Assembly: GCA_951813565.1 (NCBI GenBank) | Contig: OX638351.1 | Coordinates: 1,664,001 to 1,728,000, forward strand | Source: an uncultured Poribacteria bacterium | GTDB taxonomy: Bacteria; Poribacteria; WGA-4E; WGA-3G | DNA length: 64,000 nucleotides | Direction of reading: 5' to 3' | Part shown: positions 40,830-50,317 of the stretch, piece after piece | How the letters are laid out: each line of letters starts with the position of its first letter | Numbering within the stretch: the stretch's first letter is position 1 | The notes under the pieces: generated by a model | What the model was told of the DNA's origin: nothing | The model's database searches: none | What the model saw: only the letters and a program-made list of their open reading frames with translations | Position numbers and translations under genes: made by a program

Positions 40830-41115
40830 TGTGAACGTAGCAAAACCCATAAATCAACGCTATGAATGCCTGAATCAACGCCAAATGCGCCTATGGCATT
40901 TGGCGGGAGCGGTATGTTATGCGCATCGGTTTACCCATCAAGGTATGTCGCTCCTACGGAGCTAAAGAAGGGTGGTAATACATGGACTATAAACATATCG
41001 TCTCTACGAGACTAAGTATGGGACAGTCTCAATAATCATGCGATTTAGAGATGTTTACAATAACGCAGATATTTTCTTAAGTTGAAACCTATGGGTAGAG
41101 CATAGCGAAACCCGA
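40830..41115. repeat. Composite REP/MITE-like element (family A variant)
   Basis: aaacccata...cttaagttgaaacctatggg ends; internal aatcaacg modules and gtcgctcctacggagc hairpin. Confidence 0.6.
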
Positions 41116-41160
41116 CAACTACTGACAACTGAAAGGAATAAAATAAATTAGGTAAAAATA

Positions 41161-42516
41161 ATGAATATAAAAAATAAAGCAACACAAATTAAGCTGTTTA
41201 GTCTAAAAACGGTTCAGATGCGTACCTTCCATACGACATGGTTCGCATTTTTTTTAGCGTTTTTCGGATGGTTCGGGATTGCACCACTCATGGCAATTGT
41301 GCGCGAAGATTTGATGCTAACGAAGGCACAGGTTGGTAACACAATAATTGCCTCTGTTGCAATTACGGTTTTGGTGCGAGTCTTGATCGGTCCGCTTTGT
41401 GACCGAATCGGGTCTCGGAAGGCGTATACGTGGCTGCTCATTCTCGGCTCAATACCGGTGATGGGTATCGGACTCGCACAGGATTACAAGACGTTCCTGC
41501 TATTCCGTTTAGCAATCGGTGCGATTGGAGCATCATTTGTCATCACGCAGTATCACACCTCAGTGATGTTCGCTCCGAATTGTATCGGCACAGCAAACGC
41601 CACGACTGCAGGTTGGGGAAATTTAGGCGGCGGGGTAACGCAGATGGTGATGCCACTTATCTTTACGGCTATCCTGAGTTTTGGCGTAAATGAATTTCTC
41701 GGATGGCGATTGGCTATGATTGTTCCAGGAATTGCCCTATTTATTATGGGATTCGTTTATTACTTCACTACCCAAGATGCGCCAGATGGCGACTATAAGG
41801 AACTTCGAGAGCGAGGTGACCTTGAACCTGCTAAAGGCAAAGGCATAGAATCCTTCATGCTTGCGATTAAGGATTATCGCGTATGGACACTGTTTTTTAT
41901 TTACGCTGCATGTTTCGGTGTAGAACTTACCATTAACAATGTTGCCGCACTTTACTATCACGACCACTTTCAGTTAGATGTCCAAACTGCAGGTCTCATC
42001 GCAGGTTTGTTCGGACTGATGAACATTTTTGCACGCACGGTTGGCGGTATTTTCTCCGATTTTTTTGCGAAAAACATGGGACTACGAGGGCGTGTCCTGT
42101 TCCTGTTTATTGTCCTATTAGGTGAAGGTATTATGCTAATGTTGTTCTCACAGATGGCAGTGCTGGTTATTGCCGTTGGAACAATGATTGTTTTCAGTCT
42201 TTTTGTGCAGATGTCTGAAGGGGCAACGTTTGGTATCGTGCCATTTATCAATAGGAAGGCATTGGGGGCAGTTGCCGGTATTGTTGGTGCGGGAGGAAAT
42301 GCGGGAGCAGTTGCTGCAGGTTTCCTTTTCCGGGCAGAAAGTATAACAACACAACAAGCATTACTCTTCCTCGGTGGAATGGCAATTGTCGCATCATTTG
42401 CTACGGTATTAGTGCGATTCTCGCCTGCAGTGCAAGACACAGAGAAAAAAGCATTTGATGCTGCGCTGGCTGAAAAACAACGTCTCAAAGCAGAAGCAGG
42501 GAATGTGCCAGCCTAA
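41161..42516 (+). CDS. MFS nitrate/nitrite transporter (NarK/NRT2 family)
   Basis: AGWGNLGGG signature, YAACFGVEL, GIVGAGGNAG. Confidence 0.92.
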   Translation: MNIKNKATQIKLFSLKTVQMRTFHTTWFAFFLAFFGWFGIAPLMAIVREDLMLTKAQVGNTIIASVAITVLVRVLIGPLCDRIGSRKAYTWLLILGSIPVMGIGLAQDYKTFLLFRLAIGAIGASFVITQYHTSVMFAPNCIGTANATTAGWGNLGGGVTQMVMPLIFTAILSFGVNEFLGWRLAMIVPGIALFIMGFVYYFTTQDAPDGDYKELRERGDLEPAKGKGIESFMLAIKDYRVWTLFFIYAACFGVELTINNVAALYYHDHFQLDVQTAGLIAGLFGLMNIFARTVGGIFSDFFAKNMGLRGRVLFLFIVLLGEGIMLMLFSQMAVLVIAVGTMIVFSLFVQMSEGATFGIVPFINRKALGAVAGIVGAGGNAGAVAAGFLFRAESITTQQALLFLGGMAIVASFATVLVRFSPAVQDTEKKAFDAALAEKQRLKAEAGNVPA

Positions 42517-42601
42517 CCTAACAGCGTGTTGTAGACCAAATTTGTCTACAGAGGCAGTACAGGAACAAAAGCCTTTTACATTGTAATTTACTTTCTTAAC
42601 T

Positions 42602-44716
42602 ATGGAGAAATCAGTGAAAAGTTCAACAGGAAAAGCCGTATGCCCTTATTGTGGGGTCGGTTGTGTTATTCGCGCGACAGTTCAAAATAACAAAATCACC
42701 AAGATTTCAGCAGACGACGATGTAGCGCCAAATTACGGCATGCTTTGTCCAAAAGGTGCTCATCTCAAACAGGTGTTTCAAAATCACGATGGCAGGCTCG
42801 CATACCCGATGATTCGGGAACGCAAGGGTGAAGCACCGCGTCAAGTTTCGTGGGAACAAGCCATCGCTTTTACAGCGAACCGTCTTCAAGAGATTCGATT
42901 AGAACACGGCAAGGATGCACTTGCTCTCTACGGTTCTGGACAATTGGACACCGAAACCTCATACATTTTTAACAAGTTGTTCAAAGGGTTTCTGCGAACG
43001 AATAATATAGATACAAATAGCCGACTCTGTATGTCTTCTGCAGTAGTTGGCTATATGCAAGCGTTCGGTTCAGATGGACCGCCGACCTGCTATGATGACA
43101 TTCAGCAGGCGGATGTCTTTCTAATTATCGGTGCAAACATGGCATTCAATCACCCTGTCCTTTTCCAGATGATTCGGAAACGGCGGGCATCGGAACCCAA
43201 TGCCCGGATTATCGCAGTAGACCCTCGCCGCACCCAGACAGCAGAATTTTCCGATGTACATGTTCCGCTTGCCCCTGGAAGCGATGTTGCGTTCCTGCAA
43301 CTCATTGCAAAACGTCTGCTTGCAATGGGACGCGTTGATAGACGTTTTGTCCAAAAAAACAGTGAAAACTTTAGTGCATATAAAAATCATCTTGAAAGTC
43401 TTGACGAGGACGCTCTTCTCTCTATCTGCGATGTCCATCCTGGACGTATCGACGAAATTGTCGAATTTCTATCAAAACCGAGCAACCGTTTACTCAGTTT
43501 TTACTGCCAAGGCACAAATCAAAGCACCAGTGGGGTTGATAAAAATGCCGCGCTTATCAACCTACATCTTCAATTAGGTGAGGTTGGCATAAGAGGAGCA
43601 GGACCCTTTTCATTAACAGGACAACCGAATGCTATGGGTGGTAGAGAGGTTGGGTATCTGTCGCACCAATTGCCCGGCTATCGTGTTGTAACAAATGATA
43701 TGCACCGTGCTTATCTTGAAGGGGCGTGGCGAATTCCGCCCGGCAGCATTGACCCGGAACCGGGATTAACGGCTGTGCCTATGTTTGAAGCTGCCGCTGC
43801 GGGGGATGTTCGCGCACTCTGGATCGTCTGTACAAATCCAGCTGTGAGCATGCCTGATACCAAGGTATCTCAAGCAGGACTCAAACGTGCCGACTTTGTG
43901 ATCGTGCAGGATTGTTATTATCCGACAGAAACAGCGGAATATGCTGATGTGCTGCTTCCCGCTGCGCAGTGGGGTGAAAAGCGCGGGACAATGACAAACA
44001 GTGAACGCCTCGTCGTTCGAAGCGATAAATTCCTGGATCCACCTGGAGAAGCAAAACCGGATTGGTGGATATTCTCACAAATCGCAAAGGTGATGGGGTT
44101 CAAACGTGACTTTGATTTCCACAACCACAAGGAGATATGGGACGAATATCGTCTGTTGACCGCAGGAACACCGTGCGACCAGATGGGAATGACGAATGAA
44201 CGTCTTGAGAAAACGTCACTGCGATGGCCCTGTCCTAACCCGCGGCATCCTGGAACACTTCGCCGTTATACGCGTAGGAAGTTTTTCACGCCATCAGGAA
44301 AAGCGCAATTTAAAACGCCTGTCTATCAACCGCCCGATGAGAACACTGATGCGGAATTCCCACTCGGCTTGACAACGGGTCGCGTTGCGAGTCAATGGCA
44401 TACACGTACCCGTACTGGGAAAGTGCCACAACTTACGAAAAAAGACCCTGAGCCTTTCGTTGAAATTCATCCTGAAGATGCGGCAGAAAACGAGGTAGAA
44501 GATGGAGAATGGATATATCTTGTTGGGAGACGGGGCAGGTGCTATGCGCGTGCACGCGTTACAGATACTATTCGGCGCGGATTGTTGTTCACACCGTTCC
44601 ATTGGGGCGATCTTTTCCACGCCGAATCCAATGCGAATTATGTAACGAATTCAGCGTTTGATCCGGTGTCTAAACAACCGGAGTTGAAATTCTGTGCTGT
44701 GCGGATTGAGTTATAG
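42602..44716 (+). CDS. Assimilatory nitrate reductase catalytic subunit (NasA/NarB-like)
   Basis: CPYCGVGC..LCPKG, DTNSRLCMSSA, TGQPNAMGGRE, SKQPELK. Confidence 0.92.
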   Translation: MEKSVKSSTGKAVCPYCGVGCVIRATVQNNKITKISADDDVAPNYGMLCPKGAHLKQVFQNHDGRLAYPMIRERKGEAPRQVSWEQAIAFTANRLQEIRLEHGKDALALYGSGQLDTETSYIFNKLFKGFLRTNNIDTNSRLCMSSAVVGYMQAFGSDGPPTCYDDIQQADVFLIIGANMAFNHPVLFQMIRKRRASEPNARIIAVDPRRTQTAEFSDVHVPLAPGSDVAFLQLIAKRLLAMGRVDRRFVQKNSENFSAYKNHLESLDEDALLSICDVHPGRIDEIVEFLSKPSNRLLSFYCQGTNQSTSGVDKNAALINLHLQLGEVGIRGAGPFSLTGQPNAMGGREVGYLSHQLPGYRVVTNDMHRAYLEGAWRIPPGSIDPEPGLTAVPMFEAAAAGDVRALWIVCTNPAVSMPDTKVSQAGLKRADFVIVQDCYYPTETAEYADVLLPAAQWGEKRGTMTNSERLVVRSDKFLDPPGEAKPDWWIFSQIAKVMGFKRDFDFHNHKEIWDEYRLLTAGTPCDQMGMTNERLEKTSLRWPCPNPRHPGTLRRYTRRKFFTPSGKAQFKTPVYQPPDENTDAEFPLGLTTGRVASQWHTRTRTGKVPQLTKKDPEPFVEIHPEDAAENEVEDGEWIYLVGRRGRCYARARVTDTIRRGLLFTPFHWGDLFHAESNANYVTNSAFDPVSKQPELKFCAVRIEL

Positions 44717-44734
44717 AATGTTATGAAAAATATG

Positions 44735-45064
44735 TTAATCTGCCGAAACAACTTTCTCTAAGACCTCTTGAAGGTAAACATCTATCTCTAACTGTCTACG
44801 CGCGGCGTTCATGGCTATCCGACCGTACAACTCAGGACTTGTTTGGATCGTCAGTTCTCCTGAAAAAGGTTTGTCCGGGATTTTTCCTTGTTCCTCACAA
44901 ACTTCAAAGTAAACCTCAAGCGACTTCCGCATCTCTTCCCGCATTTGGTTTACTGATGCACCGTAGAATGTGATTACGTCATGTGTATTTATAACTGTTC
45001 CGTGAAATAGGTCTATTTCCGGATCAAAATCAATGACTCCAATATAACCTTTATATTCAATCAT
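44735..45064 (-). CDS. HicB-family antitoxin
   Basis: MIEYKGY...DVITFYG...YFEVCEEQGKIPDKPFSG. Confidence 0.8.
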   Translation of the reverse strand: MIEYKGYIGVIDFDPEIDLFHGTVINTHDVITFYGASVNQMREEMRKSLEVYFEVCEEQGKIPDKPFSGELTIQTSPELYGRIAMNAARRQLEIDVYLQEVLEKVVSAD

Positions 45065-45070
45065 TCATTG

Positions 45071-46018
45071 CTAAAACCCAAGTTGTTTATCCACAACATT
45101 CTTCAATTCTTCACCCTTCAGATACCGCTCAAGGTTGTCTAAGAAAAACTCGGTAATACGCCGCATGCGGTGCTGCGAACCTCCTGCAGCGTGTGGCGTA
45201 ATAATAACGTTATCCATATCCCATAAAGGACTCGCTTTATCCAGTGGCTCAACCTCTGTCACATCCAACCCAGCACCAGCGATTTCACCGGCTTCCAATA
45301 TTTCAATAAGGTCTGCCTCGTTAACAATCGGACCGCGCGCAACATTGATGAGATATGCAGTCGGTTGCATCACAGACAGGTTTTCAGCATTTATCAGTCC
45401 ACGTGTTTCCTCAGTCAATGGACAGGCAATCATCACAACATCCACGCGACTCATCATGTCTGCAAGTTTATCCATCGGCATCAGTTCGTCTACGTTATCC
45501 GGTTTTTCGGTGCGGTAAGCATCGACTGCGATAACGTGCATATCAAAGCCTTTCGCGCGTTTCACCATCTGCATGCCGATACCACCTAACCCGACGATAC
45601 CAATTTTGAATCCATCAATCTCAATCATCGGAGATTTACTGCCACCCCACTGATGATTATCTTGGTTACGTGTGAAATGGTGGATACCACGTGTTATACC
45701 GAGCAGGAGCGCAAACGCTTGGTCAGCGACATGCGTGCCGTAAAGTCCTGCAGCATTTGTCAAAATCACATCGCTTTCGCGTATCGCAGAATACATGTGT
45801 TTGTCCATACCTGCGCTCGATGCCTGAATCCACTTGATATTGGGTAGGAGTGGAAAAATATCCTCACTACAAAAACCGAAGAAAATATCGGTATCTTTGC
45901 CTTCTTCTGCAATTTCCTCGCGCGAACTCGGAGCAACATAGGTATGTTCATCACCAATAATGTCTTCTAACCGCTTTAACTGTTCACCTTCAACTCGATG
46001 TTGTAATAAAATCTTCAT
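45071..46018 (-). CDS. D-2-hydroxyacid dehydrogenase
   Basis: GLGGIG, INVARG, LDVTEVEPL, TPHAAG. Confidence 0.9.
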   Translation of the reverse strand: MKILLQHRVEGEQLKRLEDIIGDEHTYVAPSSREEIAEEGKDTDIFFGFCSEDIFPLLPNIKWIQASSAGMDKHMYSAIRESDVILTNAAGLYGTHVADQAFALLLGITRGIHHFTRNQDNHQWGGSKSPMIEIDGFKIGIVGLGGIGMQMVKRAKGFDMHVIAVDAYRTEKPDNVDELMPMDKLADMMSRVDVVMIACPLTEETRGLINAENLSVMQPTAYLINVARGPIVNEADLIEILEAGEIAGAGLDVTEVEPLDKASPLWDMDNVIITPHAAGGSQHRMRRITEFFLDNLERYLKGEELKNVVDKQLGF

Positions 46019-46053
46019 ATATATTCCTTTCGTAAATCAGTTTCGCTTTCGTC

Positions 46054-46947
46054 CTACCACGGAGGTGTTTCCGGTAGCAATTCTTGGAATTTGCTAAGCA
46101 ACCTGTCTTCATATTCACCAGCATATTGCCCGTTGAAGAATCTATCAATGCCTTCGTCAAGGAAGTGTGCCCAAGATGTGTCTTCTGCACCGGGATTGAC
46201 AGGAAAAAACAACGCGTCTACACTACGACCCGCCTTTAAGTCACCAGGTGAATCCCCAATCATCAAGACATGGTTTTTGGGATATTTGTCTTTTGTTGTG
46301 ATGGTAAGATGTTCCGTTTTCGTTCCCATTTCCTGTCCAGCAATTAAGGCAACGTATTGGTCGATATCATGCTCATCCCATTCCCGTTTGAGTGCTTCGT
46401 CTGGCGTAGCAGAAACAACAATGACATCTGCCTTTCCTTGGAGTCGTTGCAATGCTTCACGTACACCGGGAAACGGCGGAAGGTTATAGACAATCTCCGC
46501 AACACTTTCATTAACACCAAGACTCCATTGCATCACATGACTCAATTCATCATGTCTTTCGCCAGTTGCGTTATCTATTGCTTCCTGAAGTGCGGGATTT
46601 CCGAGTTTTGTTTCAGTTTCAGTCCATTTTCGCAAGTGTGGTAGTTCTGGAACTTCTAAGCCCATCTTCTGCACAAGGGACATTTCACGTAGATAATCAA
46701 ACACGAGCAGGACTGCTTTAAACCGATTCGTGCCGCGCATCGTGGAATAGAGATTGACAAAATCCCACGCCTGATGCACCTGTCGTGAAATGGATGCCAA
46801 TCCAAAATGTTTGACGACGTTTACACTGAAGCAGTCGTTGTGTTTGACCTCCATGCTGTTGAAAACGCAACCGTCCGAATCAATTCCGACAAAAAAATCG
46901 TGTTGCGGTTTAAAATCGTATAATGCTTTTTGTGGTTCTTGAGCCAT
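46054..46947 (-). CDS. HAD-family hydrolase
   Basis: IDSDG (DxD), VVSAT, MIGDSPGD. Confidence 0.85.
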   Translation of the reverse strand: MAQEPQKALYDFKPQHDFFVGIDSDGCVFNSMEVKHNDCFSVNVVKHFGLASISRQVHQAWDFVNLYSTMRGTNRFKAVLLVFDYLREMSLVQKMGLEVPELPHLRKWTETETKLGNPALQEAIDNATGERHDELSHVMQWSLGVNESVAEIVYNLPPFPGVREALQRLQGKADVIVVSATPDEALKREWDEHDIDQYVALIAGQEMGTKTEHLTITTKDKYPKNHVLMIGDSPGDLKAGRSVDALFFPVNPGAEDTSWAHFLDEGIDRFFNGQYAGEYEDRLLSKFQELLPETPPW

Positions 46948-47004
46948 GAATTCTCCTTTAAAAGAATACCTTGGGCTACGGCACAGCGGAGTGTGCCTGC
47001 TACC

Positions 47005-48483
47005 TTATTCAATAATAACTTCTGGGCGGTTCTTTAACATCCATTCGGTGTGGAACACCGTGGGTTCTCCGTCTTTTCCGACCACCGTGTTGCCATCAGC
47101 ATCCAATTTATGATAGGTATGTGCACCGAAGTAATCGCGCATCGCTTGGATAAGATTTGCAGAGAGTCTGCTACTGCGATAACTATCAAAATAGGCTAAC
47201 GCTGAACTGAATGCTGGAATGGGAACTCCGAGTTGTGTGGCAGTGCTAATGACATTCCGCCAGTGAGGTTGTGCCGCTTCTATGACACCGCGAAAATAGG
47301 AGTCAAGTAACAGATTCGGCAAATCAGGATTGCGCTCAAACGCTTCTGCAATTCTATGCAGGAATTTTGCCCGAATGATACAGCCTCCGCGCCAACCTAA
47401 GGCGATTTTACCGAGATCCAGACCCCAATCATTTTCTACACTTGCTTCGCGCATCAGTGCGAATCCTTGGGCATAAGAGCAGATTTTGGCAGCATAAAGC
47501 GCATCGTGGATAGCTTGCAAAGCTGCTTCTCGGTTTCCGTCGAAAGTGTCAACCGGTCCTTTAATTACTTCAGATGCATCAACACGTTCGTTTTTAATTG
47601 CAGAGATACAGCGTGCAAAAACCGCCTCAGCAATCGTAGGGGCAGATATGCCAAGATCAAGTGCCGAAATGCTTGTCCATTTGCCAGTGCCTTTTTGTCC
47701 CGCTTTGTCCAGCACGACATCAACAAATGGAGTTCCATTTGCGTCGCGTTGTGTGAAGATGTCAGCGGTTATTTCGATGAGATAGGAGTTTAGTTCGCCT
47801 TGATTCCATTCGTTAAAAACTTCGTGCATTTCGTCAGCGTTCATTCCCAAGACGCTTTTCATCAAGGAGTAAGCCTCGCAAATCAGCTGCATATCACCAT
47901 ATTCAATGCCGTTATGCACCATTTTGACGTAATGTCCAGCACCGTTGGGTCCGATATATGAACAACAAGGGGTGCCTTCAACTTGTGCTGCAATCTTGGT
48001 AAAAATCGGTTCAACGAGCGTATATGCTTTAGCCGAACCACCCGGCATCATCGCAGGTCCCTTCAATGCCCCCTCTTCACCGCCAGAGATTCCTGTTCCA
48101 ATAAATAGAATACCTTGTTCAGTCAACGTTTCGTGTCGGCGCATAGTGTCATTAAAATTGGAGTTTCCGCCATCAATGATCAGATCGCCTTTTGAGAGAT
48201 GTGGAACGAGTAACTCAATAAATGCATCAACAGGTTCCCCTGCTTTCACCATCAATATTATTTTTCGAGGAGTGTCTAATTTATCAATAAATTCTGTAAT
48301 AGAGTGTGCGCCGGTGACATTTTTTCCTTTTGCTGCACCTGCAATGAAATCATCAACGCGAGAAACGGTTCGGTTAAAAACCGCTACCTCAAAGCCTTTG
48401 CTTTCCATATTCAGTGCAAGGTTTTCACCCATCACGGCTAATCCGATGAGTCCTATATCTGCTGCCAAATTTGTTTCCTCCAA
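47005..48483 (-). CDS. gndA: NADP-dependent 6-phosphogluconate dehydrogenase
   Basis: GLAVMG, DGGNS, GISGGEEGA, KMVHNGIEYGDMQ, QKGTG, RDYFGAH. Confidence 0.96.
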   Translation of the reverse strand: MEETNLAADIGLIGLAVMGENLALNMESKGFEVAVFNRTVSRVDDFIAGAAKGKNVTGAHSITEFIDKLDTPRKIILMVKAGEPVDAFIELLVPHLSKGDLIIDGGNSNFNDTMRRHETLTEQGILFIGTGISGGEEGALKGPAMMPGGSAKAYTLVEPIFTKIAAQVEGTPCCSYIGPNGAGHYVKMVHNGIEYGDMQLICEAYSLMKSVLGMNADEMHEVFNEWNQGELNSYLIEITADIFTQRDANGTPFVDVVLDKAGQKGTGKWTSISALDLGISAPTIAEAVFARCISAIKNERVDASEVIKGPVDTFDGNREAALQAIHDALYAAKICSYAQGFALMREASVENDWGLDLGKIALGWRGGCIIRAKFLHRIAEAFERNPDLPNLLLDSYFRGVIEAAQPHWRNVISTATQLGVPIPAFSSALAYFDSYRSSRLSANLIQAMRDYFGAHTYHKLDADGNTVVGKDGEPTVFHTEWMLKNRPEVIIE

Positions 48484-48618
48484 TGGTAGTGTATGTTTTG
48501 CATATCATACACTGCAAGAGGTAATAATGTCAACAGCAAATAATAGGAAAGGATTAGCTTTAAATTTATAAAATGGATCTGTTTTTTTGGGAAGTCTGGT
48601 GGTTTGTGTGTCGTCTGA

Positions 48619-48767
48619 ACCAAGATTCACAGAATTATAGGATTTTTAGGATTGGGTTTCTGCAGTGGACAAGGATCGCGTAGAATTGATATTGGCAATG
48701 GTGTTACGTACATTATGGTATAATCCTTGTTGAAATCATGATGAGAAATAATTCTGTGAATCTTGGT
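48619..48767. repeat. 20-bp inverted repeat pair
   Basis: accaagattcacagaattat / ataattctgtgaatcttggt. Confidence 0.7.
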
Positions 48768-48773
48768 AGATAA

Positions 48774-50267
48774 TTAACTCATAACTTGCCAAATCGGTTC
48801 CGCACCCTCAACACCGACGAGTTTTTGATCTAATCCGCTATGGAAGTAGGTGAGTTGATTAGGATCGATTCCAAGTTGATGGAGGATTGTTGCGTGCAGA
48901 TGTCTGACATGAAACGGGTCTTTGGCAGCCGCACTACCGAGTTCATCCGTTTCGCCAACACTGATACCGCCTTTGATACCGCCACCCGCCATCCACATCG
49001 TGAAGCCATACGAGTTGTGGTCACGACCTGTGCCTTTGGCATATTCTGCTGTCGGTTGACGACCAAATTCACCACCCCAGACGACGATAGTTTCATCAAG
49101 TAACCCGCGTTGTTTTAGGTCTTTAAGGAGTCCAGCAATCGGTTTATCAGTTGCCTTGGCGTGCTTGTTGTGATTTCTCTCAATATCACCGTGTGCGTCC
49201 CAATTGGCATCGTTATGGGCACCGCCAGAGTAGAGTTGAATGAAGCGCACACCACGTTCAACTAATCGCCTTGCCAAAAGGCATTTTGTGCCGTACTCCT
49301 CCGTTTCCTTCTCATTGATGCCGTAAAGTTCCTTGATGTGTTCTGGCTCACTGTTCAAGTCAACCGCTTCGGGTGCTGCGGATTGCATTTTGTATGCTAA
49401 TTCATAACTTGATATCCGTGCTGCGAGATCGGTGTTATCAGCATGTTTTGATAGATGTGTTGCATTATATTTATGTAAATAGTCGAGTAATCTACGTTGT
49501 TGGCTGTCGGACATTCCCTGTGCACGTTTTAAATTGAGAATAGGTGTGCCATCCGAACGAAAGACGGTTCCTTGAAATACGGCAGGCATATAGCCACTAC
49601 TCCAGTTTTTAGCCCCACTAATTGGTCCACCTATCCTGTCAAGCATCACAACGTATCCTGGCAGGTTCTCGTTCACACTCCCAAGTCCATAATTCACCCA
49701 AGACCCAAGTGATGGGTGACCGCTGATGATACGACCTGCGTTCATCATCAACATCGCTGATCCGTGTAACGGTGAATCTGCAGTCATTGATTTAATAAAT
49801 GCAATATCATCAACGCATGTGGCAAGATGTGGAAATAGTCCTGAAACCCATTGTCCTGATTCTCCGTACTGTTTGAATTCCCATTTTGGTCCGACAATTC
49901 GTCCTTGATTTCTTTCACCACCACGTCCTTTTGTTTTCACTTGGACAGTCTTATCGTTTAACTTAATTAACGACGGTTTGTAGTCAAAAGTATCTACATG
50001 GCTTGGACCACCATACATGAATAGGAATATAACATGTTTTGCCTTGGGTGTGAAGTGTGGTTGTTTTGGAGCAAGAGGATTAGTGTAGGGTGATACCCCA
50101 TCTGCTGCGAATGCCTGTGAGTCCAGAAATCCATCTGAAGTGAGTAATCCAGTTAGAGCTAATGACGCAAAACCACCTGCAATGTTCCCAATAAATTCTC
50201 TACGTGTTTGACCACAGAAAGAACCATTTGAATTTGTATCTCTACTTGTCTTTGAACGACTGTTCAT
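48774..50267 (-). CDS. DUF1501 protein with Tat-like leader
   Basis: TRREFI; GGPSHVDTFDYKP, ARRLVERGVRF, WDAH, GEFGR, GRDH. Confidence 0.88.
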   Translation of the reverse strand: MNSRSKTSRDTNSNGSFCGQTRREFIGNIAGGFASLALTGLLTSDGFLDSQAFAADGVSPYTNPLAPKQPHFTPKAKHVIFLFMYGGPSHVDTFDYKPSLIKLNDKTVQVKTKGRGGERNQGRIVGPKWEFKQYGESGQWVSGLFPHLATCVDDIAFIKSMTADSPLHGSAMLMMNAGRIISGHPSLGSWVNYGLGSVNENLPGYVVMLDRIGGPISGAKNWSSGYMPAVFQGTVFRSDGTPILNLKRAQGMSDSQQRRLLDYLHKYNATHLSKHADNTDLAARISSYELAYKMQSAAPEAVDLNSEPEHIKELYGINEKETEEYGTKCLLARRLVERGVRFIQLYSGGAHNDANWDAHGDIERNHNKHAKATDKPIAGLLKDLKQRGLLDETIVVWGGEFGRQPTAEYAKGTGRDHNSYGFTMWMAGGGIKGGISVGETDELGSAAAKDPFHVRHLHATILHQLGIDPNQLTYFHSGLDQKLVGVEGAEPIWQVMS

Positions 50268-50317
50268 TAGGTATCTCCATTCTTAGAGTTACTGTTATGC
50301 AAATTCGTATATACGGC

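Noticed and set aside
13590..41115. CRISPR array from the recurring short palindromes
   Set aside because: Copies are dispersed, degenerate and nested, with no regular repeat-spacer period and no cas genes.
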